DNA from: an uncultured bacterium | GTDB lineage: Bacteria > Hydrothermota > UBA3072 | Assembly: GCA_964476585.1 (NCBI GenBank) | Contig: CAYZBF010000002.1 | Span: 2,354-66,353, forward strand | DNA: 64,000 nucleotides | Direction: 5' to 3' | Shown here: positions 18,296 through 28,138 of the stretch, one piece after another | How the letters are laid out: each line of letters begins with the position of its first letter | Position numbering within the stretch: position 1 is the stretch's first letter | Notes under the pieces: model-generated | Told to the model about the DNA's origin: nothing | The model's database searches: none | What the model saw: the letters and a program-made list of their open reading frames with translations, nothing else | Program-made: the position numbers and the translations under genes

Positions 18296-19265
18296 ACCAG
18301 ATTAACAATTTTTCGCAAACATACTTATCCAGAGGTTCGGCTGTTATCACCTTGTAGTCTGGCAACTGAACCTTAGCCGGACCATTTCCTGCATACCTTG
18401 CAAGAATCCTTGAAGCAAGAGAAAAATCATCTTCTTCGGTGATCTCAATCTGTCTTTCAAAATCTTCAGCGCAGGGAAATAGTATACCAGTAGGACCCTT
18501 TTTATCCACCAGTTCAAAAAGATTGGAACCAAACTGCCTTAGTATCTCCCCCTCTTCTTGATTACGGCTTACGATAAAAAGAGACTTATTCAGATGGAAG
18601 TGGCGCCCAATTCTGACAAAATTTATGTGTGCCTCATCAATATCACATTCCTTAATTGCTGTATAGAGACGTTTAGAAAAAACCTCATTAGTCAAAATAC
18701 AGCCTCCTTCAGGTGAACCATATTTGATTATCCCGAATTTCTCTGCTAATTCCATTTGCACTTTCCTACTCCTGCCAGAAATTCCATAGAGTTTTTCCCG
18801 GTTTATTATACCCACTCTTTCCATATGAGTAGGCTTTAGTAATTTTGCTGAAAGGGGTCTGAGAGTAAGGTCGCCGAGTTTTGTCAATTTATTAACGCTC
18901 TGAAGACTCTTTTTTGTCTGAGATTTTGGCCTCTGCCCCAGAACCTCCCCTGTAACCAAAAATAATCCCCCTATCTCTCTCATATACCTGTATGCCTCCT
19001 TTATCATTAAAGCATGGCAATCGATACAGGGGTTCATTCCCCTTCCATATCCATATTCTGGATGTAGTAAAATCTCGAAATGTTTATGAGAGATATCAAT
19101 AGTTATCAGATTTAAGCCGTTTGCCAGAGCATTTTTGGAAGCTTTTTCATTATCAAAGAAATAGCTTACAAATGTAACAGGTATAACTTCTAAACCTTGT
19201 TCCTGAACTATTTTGACAGCGAGTAATGAATCCAGTCCCCCCGAGAAAAGAGCTACTGCCTTCAT
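18294..19265 (-). CDS. PP-loop ATP pyrophosphatase, ThiI/LarE-like adenylyltransferase domain without THUMP
   Basis: SGGLDS PP-loop at residue 8; CIDCH cysteine pair; ThiI-like LFLVTGEVLGQRPKSQT motif; ~180-aa C-terminal extension that I could not assign. Confidence 0.5.
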   Translation of the reverse strand: MKAVALFSGGLDSLLAVKIVQEQGLEVIPVTFVSYFFDNEKASKNALANGLNLITIDISHKHFEILLHPEYGYGRGMNPCIDCHALMIKEAYRYMREIGGLFLVTGEVLGQRPKSQTKKSLQSVNKLTKLGDLTLRPLSAKLLKPTHMERVGIINREKLYGISGRSRKVQMELAEKFGIIKYGSPEGGCILTNEVFSKRLYTAIKECDIDEAHINFVRIGRHFHLNKSLFIVSRNQEEGEILRQFGSNLFELVDKKGPTGILFPCAEDFERQIEITEEDDFSLASRILARYAGNGPAKVQLPDYKVITAEPLDKYVCEKLLIW

Positions 19266-19897
19266 TCGGGCAGGACATCAATTACAATTCGACGGTTTTT
19301 GTCTCTCCCCTCCGCATCTCTATTGGGTGCGATGGGATGGTATTCTCCGTAGGCAACAGCCGCGAGACGTTCGGGATCTATGCCTACTTCGGAAATCAGA
19401 TATTTAACCACATTAACAGCTCTCTTGGCAGAAAGATCCCAGTTCGTGGGATATTCTTTCTTTAAACTGCCGGAGATTTTGGTATTATCAGTATGTCCCT
19501 CTATCAGAACCTTTCTATCTTCGATCTCCTTGAGTATACTAGCAATTTTAAATAACATTTCCCTTCCTTCTCTACTCAGGTCCACGCTACCAGGAGGAAA
19601 CAATTTTTTTCCTGGAAGTGTAATAGAGATTTCTTCTCTCACCTGTTCTACCTCTATTCCCTCAATCATATCCATTATATCCTCTGCGATATAATGCTCT
19701 GTCGGTAGTTTTATACTAATAGAATCCTCCCTGGGTTCTCCCTTCCGCATCTCATCCACCACTGATATAAGCGTTCTGTTTTCCTCTTTATATTCAAGAA
19801 GTTCTGATTTTAGAGGATAATAATCCTTAATATAGAAATAGCCAAAGCCTATGGATAATAAAAATATTATTGCAATATAAGCAACATCCTTCCTCAT
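19262..19897 (-). CDS. OmpA/MotB-family peptidoglycan-binding protein with N-terminal TM anchor
   Basis: OmpA_C motifs (IEGHTDN, LSAKRA...V..YL). Overlaps the downstream gene. Confidence 0.8.
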   Translation of the reverse strand: MRKDVAYIAIIFLLSIGFGYFYIKDYYPLKSELLEYKEENRTLISVVDEMRKGEPREDSISIKLPTEHYIAEDIMDMIEGIEVEQVREEISITLPGKKLFPPGSVDLSREGREMLFKIASILKEIEDRKVLIEGHTDNTKISGSLKKEYPTNWDLSAKRAVNVVKYLISEVGIDPERLAAVAYGEYHPIAPNRDAEGRDKNRRIVIDVLPE

Positions 19898-19905
19898 TTT
19901 TCCTC

Positions 19906-21954
19906 CTAAAAGTCAAACTCGTCTATCATCTCAAGAGACTTGTTTTCCGGTTCAAGTCCTCCTCCATGAAAAGAACATTTCCTTTTGGGGGCACCCCCCT
20001 CAATGAATATCTCCTTTCTCACATTTGGGCACTTAGGAGTAGATAGTTCTCCACTTTCAGTGCACACATATCTATAAACAACACCCCCTGGTTCACGAAA
20101 CTCGTAATCTCGATAATCTTTTGTTGAGTCAACCATCGCCTTCATAAATTCCGTCCAAATCGGCAAAGCAACTCCTGCCCCTGAAGCATGACTCCCTATT
20201 CTCTTTGGGTAATCATATCCGACCCAGACACCGGCAGTAAGGAAAGGAGTAAAACCAATGAACCACCCATCTGTAAAGTTATCGGTAGTACCAGTTTTCC
20301 CTGCAGCAGGAAATTTGAAACCCTGGCGTCTTGCGCCATAGGCTGTCCCTTCGTTAAACACACTCTGCATCATATTAACCATTATATAGGCTATCTGCGG
20401 AGAGAGAACTCTCTCCTTTACTATTCTATTCTCATACACAACATGCCCATATCTATCTTCCACCTTTAAAATAAATATTGGCTTTATCTTTACACCCAGA
20501 TTTGCCAGTGTAGAATAAGCCCTTACCATTTCAAGTAGTGTTACACTAGAAGTTCCGAGTGAAATAGAAAGAACTGGCTCAAGATGACTCGCTATGCCCA
20601 TCAGATGAGCATAATCTACAACTGTGAATGGACCAACCTCCTGGCCAAGTCTTACTGATGCGCTATTACGGGACTTACATAATGCTGTTCTCAATGTAAT
20701 CTTTCCCATAAAGGTGCTATCATAGTTTCCAGGTGCATAGGGTTCTCCCTGAATTTCTTTAATTATTGGAAGGTCAAAGACAAAATCGGAGGGTGAAAAC
20801 CCATTATCAATGGCTGCAGTGTAGAGGAAAGGCTTAAAAGAGGAACCTGCCTGCCTTTTTGCTTGAGTCGCTCTGCTATATTGACTTTGCCGAAAATCTC
20901 TCCCTCCAACCAAACCCAATACATAACCAGTTGAAGGTTCCATCACAACCATTGCCCCCTGTATATAGGGGATATTCCCTGAATGAATCAAAGAATCTGG
21001 TATAGAATCCTTAGGGGTGAGATGCCAGTACTTCTCAACTCGAGAAAGGCCCCATTCCATAAGACTGTCGCATAGCATCTGCACTCCTTTATCCATTGAA
21101 ACATATACCTTATATCCTCCCCAGGTCCTGTATGAACTACCAAATATGGAATTCATTTGCCTTTTCACTTCATTGATATAATAAGGTCCGATTGCATTCT
21201 GATTACTATGATCTACCACAAAAAGAGACTCTGCAAGGGCTGAATCCAACTGCCCCGTACTAATATAACTCTCGGCTTTCAACTCTCTCAGGACTAAGTT
21301 TCTTCTTTCTATAAATTTTTCGTAGCTATTATAGGGAGAGTAGCGTCCAGGCGACCGTATAAGGCCTATTAATGCGGCTGATTCAGAGAGAGAAAGAGAA
21401 TCCGGTGTCTTATCAAAATAATATTCAGATGCAGCACCAATACCATAATTGCCATATCCAACGTATACCTCATTTAGATACATCTCCAGTATCTTATCCT
21501 TAGTGTAATGACGCTCTATAAATAAAGCAAGGTATATCTCCTTCACTTTTCGAATAATAGTCTTCTTCAAATGAAGGAAAATGCTCCTCGAAAGTTGCTG
21601 AGTAATGGTACTTGCACCCTGAGCATAACTGCGCCTTATTAAATCCACCCATGCCACTTTTAAGATTCTCCTTAGGTTTATTCCCCTATGGCTATAAAAT
21701 TCCTTATCCTCCACTGCAATAGCCGCATTTACTGCATAATCAGGGATAGAATCCAGTTTGACAGGTATACGTCGCTGCTGATATACTTCATCAATCAACT
21801 CCCCATTTATATCATATATCCGTGTAGTAAGTAGTGGTTCGTAATATTCTACACTCTCCACGTCGGGTAGGTCATTGATAATCCAAACATTTATTCCAAT
21901 TAAAGAACCAAGAATAACAAAGATTATAGATAAAATGATTGAATTTCGGATCAT
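19906..21954 (-). CDS. mrcA: class A penicillin-binding protein (transglycosylase/transpeptidase, PBP1A family)
   Basis: GT51 motifs (EDKEFYSHRGINLRRI), transpeptidase SSFKP and KTGT motifs, N-terminal TM helix. Confidence 0.9.
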   Translation of the reverse strand: MIRNSIILSIIFVILGSLIGINVWIINDLPDVESVEYYEPLLTTRIYDINGELIDEVYQQRRIPVKLDSIPDYAVNAAIAVEDKEFYSHRGINLRRILKVAWVDLIRRSYAQGASTITQQLSRSIFLHLKKTIIRKVKEIYLALFIERHYTKDKILEMYLNEVYVGYGNYGIGAASEYYFDKTPDSLSLSESAALIGLIRSPGRYSPYNSYEKFIERRNLVLRELKAESYISTGQLDSALAESLFVVDHSNQNAIGPYYINEVKRQMNSIFGSSYRTWGGYKVYVSMDKGVQMLCDSLMEWGLSRVEKYWHLTPKDSIPDSLIHSGNIPYIQGAMVVMEPSTGYVLGLVGGRDFRQSQYSRATQAKRQAGSSFKPFLYTAAIDNGFSPSDFVFDLPIIKEIQGEPYAPGNYDSTFMGKITLRTALCKSRNSASVRLGQEVGPFTVVDYAHLMGIASHLEPVLSISLGTSSVTLLEMVRAYSTLANLGVKIKPIFILKVEDRYGHVVYENRIVKERVLSPQIAYIMVNMMQSVFNEGTAYGARRQGFKFPAAGKTGTTDNFTDGWFIGFTPFLTAGVWVGYDYPKRIGSHASGAGVALPIWTEFMKAMVDSTKDYRDYEFREPGGVVYRYVCTESGELSTPKCPNVRKEIFIEGGAPKRKCSFHGGGLEPENKSLEMIDEFDF

Positions 21955-22253
21955 ATATAGAAATATCGGAAAAGTTCAACGAGAGATGGCGTATTTTCTA
22001 TCTCCCAGAACTCTTTCATTTTTTCTTCAACCCTCTTATCAAGAATCCATTCAAAAAATATGCCATCATTGGTCAGGAATTCTTTATCTATAAAACGGAC
22101 ATCCACTGATTCCAGTAGGCTGTAAGGTAACTGTCTGAATCCTTTTTCATTATTTCTTTTTTTATCTTTAAAAGTCCTCATTCCATCCAAAGAACCATAT
22201 CGGATATCAATAATTTCTATCTTTCTATCAGAAATTACCCTTCTTATATCCAT
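21951..22253 (-). CDS. hypothetical protein translationally coupled to the PBP1A gene
   Basis: ATGA overlap with the mrcA start; no recognisable domain. Confidence 0.35.
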   Translation of the reverse strand: MDIRRVISDRKIEIIDIRYGSLDGMRTFKDKKRNNEKGFRQLPYSLLESVDVRFIDKEFLTNDGIFFEWILDKRVEEKMKEFWEIENTPSLVELFRYFYI

Positions 22254-22307
22254 AATTAACTAATATTAATATTGCTGGCATTAAAGTCAAGGACTTGGGT
22301 TAGAGAG

Positions 22308-22904
22308 CTACTTCTCTCTTCTGTCTTTGGTCTTATCCTTAAATTTCAAGTCTTTTGGACCCAAGTCAAAAGGGAATTCCTCTTCTTCGATCTTTCTACC
22401 TAAAACGATAGTACCGATCCTATTAGTCTTAACCTGTGTCTTCAAAAATGATTCCTGTTCTTTTGCGCGTGTGACAGTTGGCTCCAGTAATATAACAATC
22501 CCACCTTCTTTTAACACTCTTTTCACTTCCTTATAAATCACTAATAACTCTGAACCAAATTGCTGTAACCCGAAGGTAGAATAATGAAATAACACACCAT
22601 CTATTGATTCATCAGGAAAAGGAAGTTTATTCGCATCTGCCTTCATAGGATAAATCCTTTCTGCCTGCTCATTCTCGATCTCTCCTTGTTTTATAGCCTC
22701 CCTTATCTTTTCCTTAAATTCTACCATCCTCTGATATCGGTCTATTACAAAAATAGAGCTTTTCATTGATGCTAAGGTTATAGAAGGCTCAATATTATCC
22801 CATGAACCTACATCAATAACAACACTACCTGGGCCAAATAAATGACAAATAGATAACTCGCCGAACATATCACTGCAGAATAGAATTTTAGTTTTTATTG
22901 TCAA
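22308..22904 (-). CDS. class I SAM-dependent methyltransferase-like protein
   Basis: VIDVGS (motif I-like) and LPFPDESIDGV (motif post-II) are typical of Methyltransf_11. Confidence 0.55.
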   Translation of the reverse strand: MTIKTKILFCSDMFGELSICHLFGPGSVVIDVGSWDNIEPSITLASMKSSIFVIDRYQRMVEFKEKIREAIKQGEIENEQAERIYPMKADANKLPFPDESIDGVLFHYSTFGLQQFGSELLVIYKEVKRVLKEGGIVILLEPTVTRAKEQESFLKTQVKTNRIGTIVLGRKIEEEEFPFDLGPKDLKFKDKTKDRREK

Positions 22905-23112
22905 GGGTTAACATGTTTTATAAGCATAATAAGTTCCTCAACACAAGTAAAAAAATGAGTTAAGTACAAATAATAGCCCCAGAAAGAGAGTTTACAAGGG
23001 AATGAGTGTACAGGTGTATGAGTAGATGAAGATTAGAACAGGATTTTAAAAGTGTAAATTTCCCCTTGACATTTCAATTATTTTCTCTTATTGTCAACTA
23101 AAAGGAGGAAAA

Positions 23113-24291
23113 ATGACTCTGGATTATGTTTGGAAGGATGTCTTCCGGGGAGGCCGTTTAGGTTTTTCCCCAAAAAAGATTTGGGTTGCAGTAAAAGGAC
23201 TTCTCTATGGAATAACAGGTTATGCAGTTCTTACGTACCTCTCATTAATGGTATCAGGATGGCAGATACAGAAAATATGGCAGGAATTCAGGTATATCCC
23301 GTTTCCATTCTTCCAAGGAAACCTTATATGGTATGGGTGGATAATTTGGGCAGTGGCAGGTCTTTGGGCATTATACCACTATTTCGTGACTATGACTGCT
23401 ATCTCTAAAATAACATATGAGCAATTAAAAGGAGATGAATTCTACGAATCTAAAGAAGCCTGGAGATTTGCTCGCAAGAACTGGAAAGGGACCTTCCTTT
23501 CTCCCATATATATGGCTTTGTTTATTGCTGCCCTCATACTAACAGGTTTGATTATTGGTCTGGCGGGAAGAATACCACATGTAGGACAAATACTTATAGG
23601 ATTATCTGCAATTCCAGTTTTTGCCGGTGCATTATTCGTAACATACCTAACAATCGTCCTCGGGATCATCCTCATCAGTGCTCCTGCCATTGTAGCTACC
23701 ACAGAGAGTGATACCTTTGACACTCTATTTGAGGGATTTTCACTGCTTAATGATCAAACCTGGAGATATATACTCTGGGAAGTTATTCTCCTGATTACAG
23801 TTTTCATAGGCGTGTTCATCTTCGCCTGGCTTTTCAAGTATGCATTTTCCTTAACACACCATATACTTGGAGTCTGGGCTGGCCCAAGGGGGTGGTGGAA
23901 TGTAATGTGGCATAATGGTCACTGGTATCTGTATATTCCTTGGCTGCCAATCTGGATTGCAAAATGGTTCCCCACTTTCTTCGCACCGATGCATTTCATA
24001 TCTGCAGGAGCTGAAAGCCTTTCCGCTTATCCAGGGGCTACTACGACGTTCGGTGGCTTCCTTATGGGACTTTCCTTTTATATGGTAACATTCGTAATCC
24101 TCGGGTATGGTATATCCACTCATGCAGCAGGACATACTATAATATACACAATTCTCGTCAAAATAAAAGACGAAAAGGACTTATTGAAAAAAGAAGAAAA
24201 ATTATTTGGAGGTGAACTCGAGGAGGAAGAAGAAGAGGTAGAAAAGAAAGAAAAAGGGGAAGAAAAGGAAGAGAAAGAGAAGAAAAAATAG
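23113..24291 (+). CDS. polytopic (about 8 TM) Trp-rich membrane protein with E/K-rich low-complexity C-terminal tail
   Basis: Multiple hydrophobic helices; tail GELEEEEEEVEKKEKGEEKEEKEKKK; RBS AGGAGG upstream. Confidence 0.5.
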   Translation: MTLDYVWKDVFRGGRLGFSPKKIWVAVKGLLYGITGYAVLTYLSLMVSGWQIQKIWQEFRYIPFPFFQGNLIWYGWIIWAVAGLWALYHYFVTMTAISKITYEQLKGDEFYESKEAWRFARKNWKGTFLSPIYMALFIAALILTGLIIGLAGRIPHVGQILIGLSAIPVFAGALFVTYLTIVLGIILISAPAIVATTESDTFDTLFEGFSLLNDQTWRYILWEVILLITVFIGVFIFAWLFKYAFSLTHHILGVWAGPRGWWNVMWHNGHWYLYIPWLPIWIAKWFPTFFAPMHFISAGAESLSAYPGATTTFGGFLMGLSFYMVTFVILGYGISTHAAGHTIIYTILVKIKDEKDLLKKEEKLFGGELEEEEEEVEKKEKGEEKEEKEKKK

Positions 24292-24329
24292 AAGAATAAA
24301 TAAAAATCAATCATATATAATTTACTGTA

Positions 24330-24360
24330 AAAACGCCCTTTCCAAGAAAGGGCGTTTTTA
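24330..24360 (+). terminator. rho-independent terminator
   Basis: aaaaACGCCCTTTccaagAAAGGGCGTttttta: a 9-bp GC-containing stem followed by a T-run. Confidence 0.75.
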
Positions 24361-24606
24361 CAATAATATACATAGTGTCAATAAAACCTTGACTATTGAA
24401 AAAACTTTTGTAGATTATTACAAATATTAAAAGGGGATAGTTTATTAATTGCCACAAAGGTTTTACTCCAGCGTAAGATAAAGAATGTGATTGAAAGATA
24501 AAATGAATAATTCGGATGATAGATACAGTGTTGCACTTTACATTCTGAAACTTTCGTTCTTCAACACTCTTGACAATATCTCTGTGGCGAAAGAAGGGAG
24601 GTTTTA

Positions 24607-26640
24607 ATGAAGAAGATTGTATTCTTTTTCTTAATAGTAATTCTTCTTACAGAGAGCTGCCAGAGAGCAAAAAAATTCACTTACGAAGGGAGAAAAGGCG
24701 GAACTTTGATTATTTCCCTCTTAAATGAGCCCACTTCCCTTAATCCCCTTTATCCAGCATTTTCAGGTCTTTCACCAGTTATAAAAGAGTTGTTTAGTCC
24801 TCTACATGACTACAGTCCTAATGGCAAAATAAGAACTTGTTTAGCTCAATCATGGGTATATTCAGAGGATCTAAAATCTATCACATATACAATTCGCAAA
24901 GACGCTAAGTGGCATGACGGAATGCCAATAACCTCGGCGGATATTGTCTTTACCGTAAAAAAAATAATGGATCCCAAAAGCAATTCACCACTTTCTCAAA
25001 GATTACGATATATAAAAGATGTAAAAGTAATTGGAGAGAGGGAGGTTCGGTTTGTATTTGATAGAGTATATGCAGATGAATTACTCCATACCAACATATT
25101 AATTATCCCAAAGCACAAAATTGAGAAGGGTATAGAGAATCTACAGATGAGTGACTTTAGTTTCAATCCAATAGGAAATGGTCCATACAAACTTAAAGCA
25201 TGGAAGCAGGGAGAGTGGATCGAGTTAATTGCAAGTAATGACTATTCCCGAGGGCGGCCTCCTCTTGACAGAATAGTTTTCTACTTCCCATCATCAATGG
25301 AAAAATTATTATACGAAATCAACTTGGGAAATATTGACATAGCGTATGATCTACCCCCTGCGCAGTATAATGGTATAAAAGGGTATAAAACCATAGTGTC
25401 TCCAGCTAGAGCTTATACTTATATCGGGTGGAATCTTGAACGTTTTAAAGACAAAAATCTGAGAAAAGCTTTCAGTATGGCCACCGACCGCAGGGGTATT
25501 ATATCCTCAATACTCTTAGGTTATGGTCTCCTATTAAATGGCCCAATAACTCCTGAACACTGGGCATTTAATCCTAACATAAAAGGTATCGATTATAATA
25601 AGCAAAAAGCAAAGGAATTAATAGAGGAACTTGGATATTCAAAGAGAAGCTGGCAACAATATTATCCAGGCTTAAGCATTGAAATACTGGTAGAAAGTGG
25701 GAACCCCATTCGAAGAAAAGTAGCAGATTATGTTATGTCTGATTTAAAATCAATAGGGGTTAATACAACCATCATAGAACTTAGAGGATCACAACTGATA
25801 GATCGCTTATTCAAACACAACTTTGACGCATACATCCTTGGATGGAGTGTTGAGAAAGACTTTAATCCTCTTCCAATCTGGGGTTCTAAAGGAGTGCATA
25901 ATTTTGTAGGTTATAAAAATAAGAAAGCCGACGCTTTAATGCAGGAAGCACTCTTTTCCCTTGACAGAGAAAAGGCTAAAAAAGCTTGGAATGAATTTCA
26001 GGAAATCATCGCAGGAGATCTTCCTTACACTTTCCTTTACGCACCTCAGAAGATAACACTGGTCAAGAAAACTGTAGGAGGCATAAAATCTGATGATAAA
26101 AGACCTGTAATTTCATTCCTGGACGAATTATGGCTTAAGGAACCTAAAGCCACTCCCGTTGAACTAGCGGCACTTGGAAAACACTATGAAAAAACTCAAG
26201 AGAGTAGAGTACGAAGCAGTATAGAGACAACTCCCCCACAACCGCAGACATCGACGGAAGAAATATTAGAAGCAGCAACATCCACTACTGTCTTGGAAGA
26301 AGAGAAACCCTCCGAAGCGGTAACCGAGGAAGAACCTAAGCCTGTCGAAGAAAAAAAGGGTCCTATAATACCACCTATCCTAAGTTATTACCCTCATGAA
26401 AGGGATTATCCTGATAATGCAAAAAAATTGGATATACGTGGGCAGATCTTTATAAAAGTCCACATTACGAAAGAAGGCACTGTTGAAAAAGCGGAAATTG
26501 CAAAAGGACTATTCCCCTCTTGTGACTCCGTAGCTTTGCTGGATGCTTATAAATGTAGATTTGATCCTGCAAAACAGGATGGAGAACCTGTAGAATTCAT
26601 ACTGACCCTTCCCTTCCGTTTCCCGCCTGGAGGGTGGTAG
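24607..26640 (+). CDS. family-5 solute-binding protein (OppA/DppA-like) fused to a Pro/Glu-rich linker and a TonB C-terminal domain
   Basis: Signal peptide with lipobox-like LTESC. SBP_bac_5-type core up to approx residue 520. Linker TTPPQPQTSTEE...EPKPVEEKKGP. C-terminal YPDNAKKLDIRGQIFIKVHITKEGTVEKAEIAKG...LLDAYKCRFDPAKQDGEPV matches the TonB_C signature. Confidence 0.7.
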   Translation: MKKIVFFFLIVILLTESCQRAKKFTYEGRKGGTLIISLLNEPTSLNPLYPAFSGLSPVIKELFSPLHDYSPNGKIRTCLAQSWVYSEDLKSITYTIRKDAKWHDGMPITSADIVFTVKKIMDPKSNSPLSQRLRYIKDVKVIGEREVRFVFDRVYADELLHTNILIIPKHKIEKGIENLQMSDFSFNPIGNGPYKLKAWKQGEWIELIASNDYSRGRPPLDRIVFYFPSSMEKLLYEINLGNIDIAYDLPPAQYNGIKGYKTIVSPARAYTYIGWNLERFKDKNLRKAFSMATDRRGIISSILLGYGLLLNGPITPEHWAFNPNIKGIDYNKQKAKELIEELGYSKRSWQQYYPGLSIEILVESGNPIRRKVADYVMSDLKSIGVNTTIIELRGSQLIDRLFKHNFDAYILGWSVEKDFNPLPIWGSKGVHNFVGYKNKKADALMQEALFSLDREKAKKAWNEFQEIIAGDLPYTFLYAPQKITLVKKTVGGIKSDDKRPVISFLDELWLKEPKATPVELAALGKHYEKTQESRVRSSIETTPPQPQTSTEEILEAATSTTVLEEEKPSEAVTEEEPKPVEEKKGPIIPPILSYYPHERDYPDNAKKLDIRGQIFIKVHITKEGTVEKAEIAKGLFPSCDSVALLDAYKCRFDPAKQDGEPVEFILTLPFRFPPGGW

Positions 26641-26646
26641 ACTTCA

Positions 26647-27210
26647 ATGAATGTAAGGTTTATTGAAAAACGAACTATGATGGATGCGGAAGAGATGCGC
26701 TGGTCTTTACGACGTATTTCACATCAGGTTATTGAAAATAACCCTCGACTTAAAAAAATCTGCATAATTGGGATCCGGAAAAGAGGTGACATATTAGCCA
26801 AAAGAATCGCAATAACATTAGGCGAGCTAACTTCATGGGATATCAAAGTAGGGGTACTTGATATCACTCTTTACCGGGACGACCTCACAACTTACGGACC
26901 CAAACCACTGATTGGGCCCACACACTTCCCCTGCCACATTGATGACTTGCATGTCTTACTTGTTGATGATGTAATACACACAGGGAGAACAATCAGGGCT
27001 GCCCTTGATGAAATTGTGGATTATGGTCGTCCTTCTACAGTAAAACTCGCAGTTATGGTAAACAGGAGCGGCAGAGAATTACCCATAATGCCTGATTACT
27101 CTGGAACGTCAGTAAATCTCGCATCGGGAGAGGAAGTTAAAGTTAATCTTTTGGAAACAGACGGAGAGGACTCAGTCAAGATAGTAGAGGTAAGCATTGA
27201 TAATGAATAG
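26647..27210 (+). CDS. pyrR: pyrimidine operon regulator / uracil phosphoribosyltransferase PyrR
   Basis: PRTase motif LLVDDVIHTGRTIRAALD; size and N-terminal region typical of PyrR. Confidence 0.85.
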   Translation: MNVRFIEKRTMMDAEEMRWSLRRISHQVIENNPRLKKICIIGIRKRGDILAKRIAITLGELTSWDIKVGVLDITLYRDDLTTYGPKPLIGPTHFPCHIDDLHVLLVDDVIHTGRTIRAALDEIVDYGRPSTVKLAVMVNRSGRELPIMPDYSGTSVNLASGEEVKVNLLETDGEDSVKIVEVSIDNE

Positions 27211-28138
27211 GAAAGACCTTTTAGGAATAGAAGATTTAAGTAGAGAAGAAATTGAGGAGATCCTAAGTGTAGCAGAATCCATGGAGGAGATTTTAGAGCG
27301 ACCAATAAAAATTGCCCCTACCCTTCGCGGAATTACTGTAGCAAATCTGTTCTTTGAACCTAGCACCCGAACTCTGAATTCTTTCGCGCTTGCAGAAAAA
27401 AGGCTTTCGGCGGATTATATCAATCTATCAGCGTCTTCTTCAAGCATTCTTAAGGGAGAAACTTTGCTTGACACGGCAAAGAATATACAGGCAATGGAGG
27501 TAGATATAATAGTTATAAGACATTCTATACCTGGGGCTCCTCACTTTCTTGCAGAAAGATTAGATGCTTCAGTGATAAATGCAGGAGATGGTGCACATGA
27601 ACATCCAACGCAGGCCTTACTTGATCTTAATACAATAAGAAAAAAAATGTCAACATTTGACAATTTAAAAGTTGCTATCATAGGTGACATCGAACACTCC
27701 CGAGTTGCCCGCTCACTCATTCTTGGGCTAAACAAAATGGGAGCTAAAGCTCATATATGCGGCCCACCCACTTTAATACCAAAATGGATGGACACATTTG
27801 ATGTCACGATTAACTACAATTTGGAAGAAGTTTTGCCTGACAAGGATATCATATATATATTAAGACTACAGATGGAAAGGCAACATGAAAGTTTTATTCC
27901 ATCAATTAGAGAATACATAAAATACTACAGTCTAACCTACGAAAGGTTGAAGAAATATGCATCTCCAGAAGTTTTAATAATGCATGCAGGTCCTATAAAT
28001 AGAGGAATTGAGATTGAATCTCGGGTGGCAGACTCAGAATATTCACTTATTTTAGATCAAGTAATTTCTGGTGTGGCAGTCAGAATGAGTATTCTCTACC
28101 TCTTAAGCAGGCAAAAGACCAATGAAGATAGCAATTAA
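27197..28138 (+). CDS. pyrB: aspartate carbamoyltransferase catalytic subunit
   Basis: FFEPSTRTLNSF (STRT) and HPTQALLD motifs. Confidence 0.9.
   Translation: MIMNRKDLLGIEDLSREEIEEILSVAESMEEILERPIKIAPTLRGITVANLFFEPSTRTLNSFALAEKRLSADYINLSASSSSILKGETLLDTAKNIQAMEVDIIVIRHSIPGAPHFLAERLDASVINAGDGAHEHPTQALLDLNTIRKKMSTFDNLKVAIIGDIEHSRVARSLILGLNKMGAKAHICGPPTLIPKWMDTFDVTINYNLEEVLPDKDIIYILRLQMERQHESFIPSIREYIKYYSLTYERLKKYASPEVLIMHAGPINRGIEIESRVADSEYSLILDQVISGVAVRMSILYLLSRQKTNEDSN

Noticed and set aside
23091-23408. 105-aa ORF overlapping the start of the 23113 membrane-protein gene in another frame
   Set aside because: It is entirely overlapped by a longer ORF with a strong RBS (AGGAGG) and coherent TM topology, and it has no motif. 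It is most likely a frame artefact.
24360-24606. Search for a PyrR-binding attenuator (ARUCCNGNGAGGYU loop) upstream of the operon and of pyrR/pyrB
   Set aside because: Only a weak resemblance was found (acuccagcguaagau at approx 24455), and it lacks the GAGG core. pyrR follows 6 nt after the SBP-TonB_C gene, so there is no room for a leader there. PyrR may act elsewhere or only as UPRTase.
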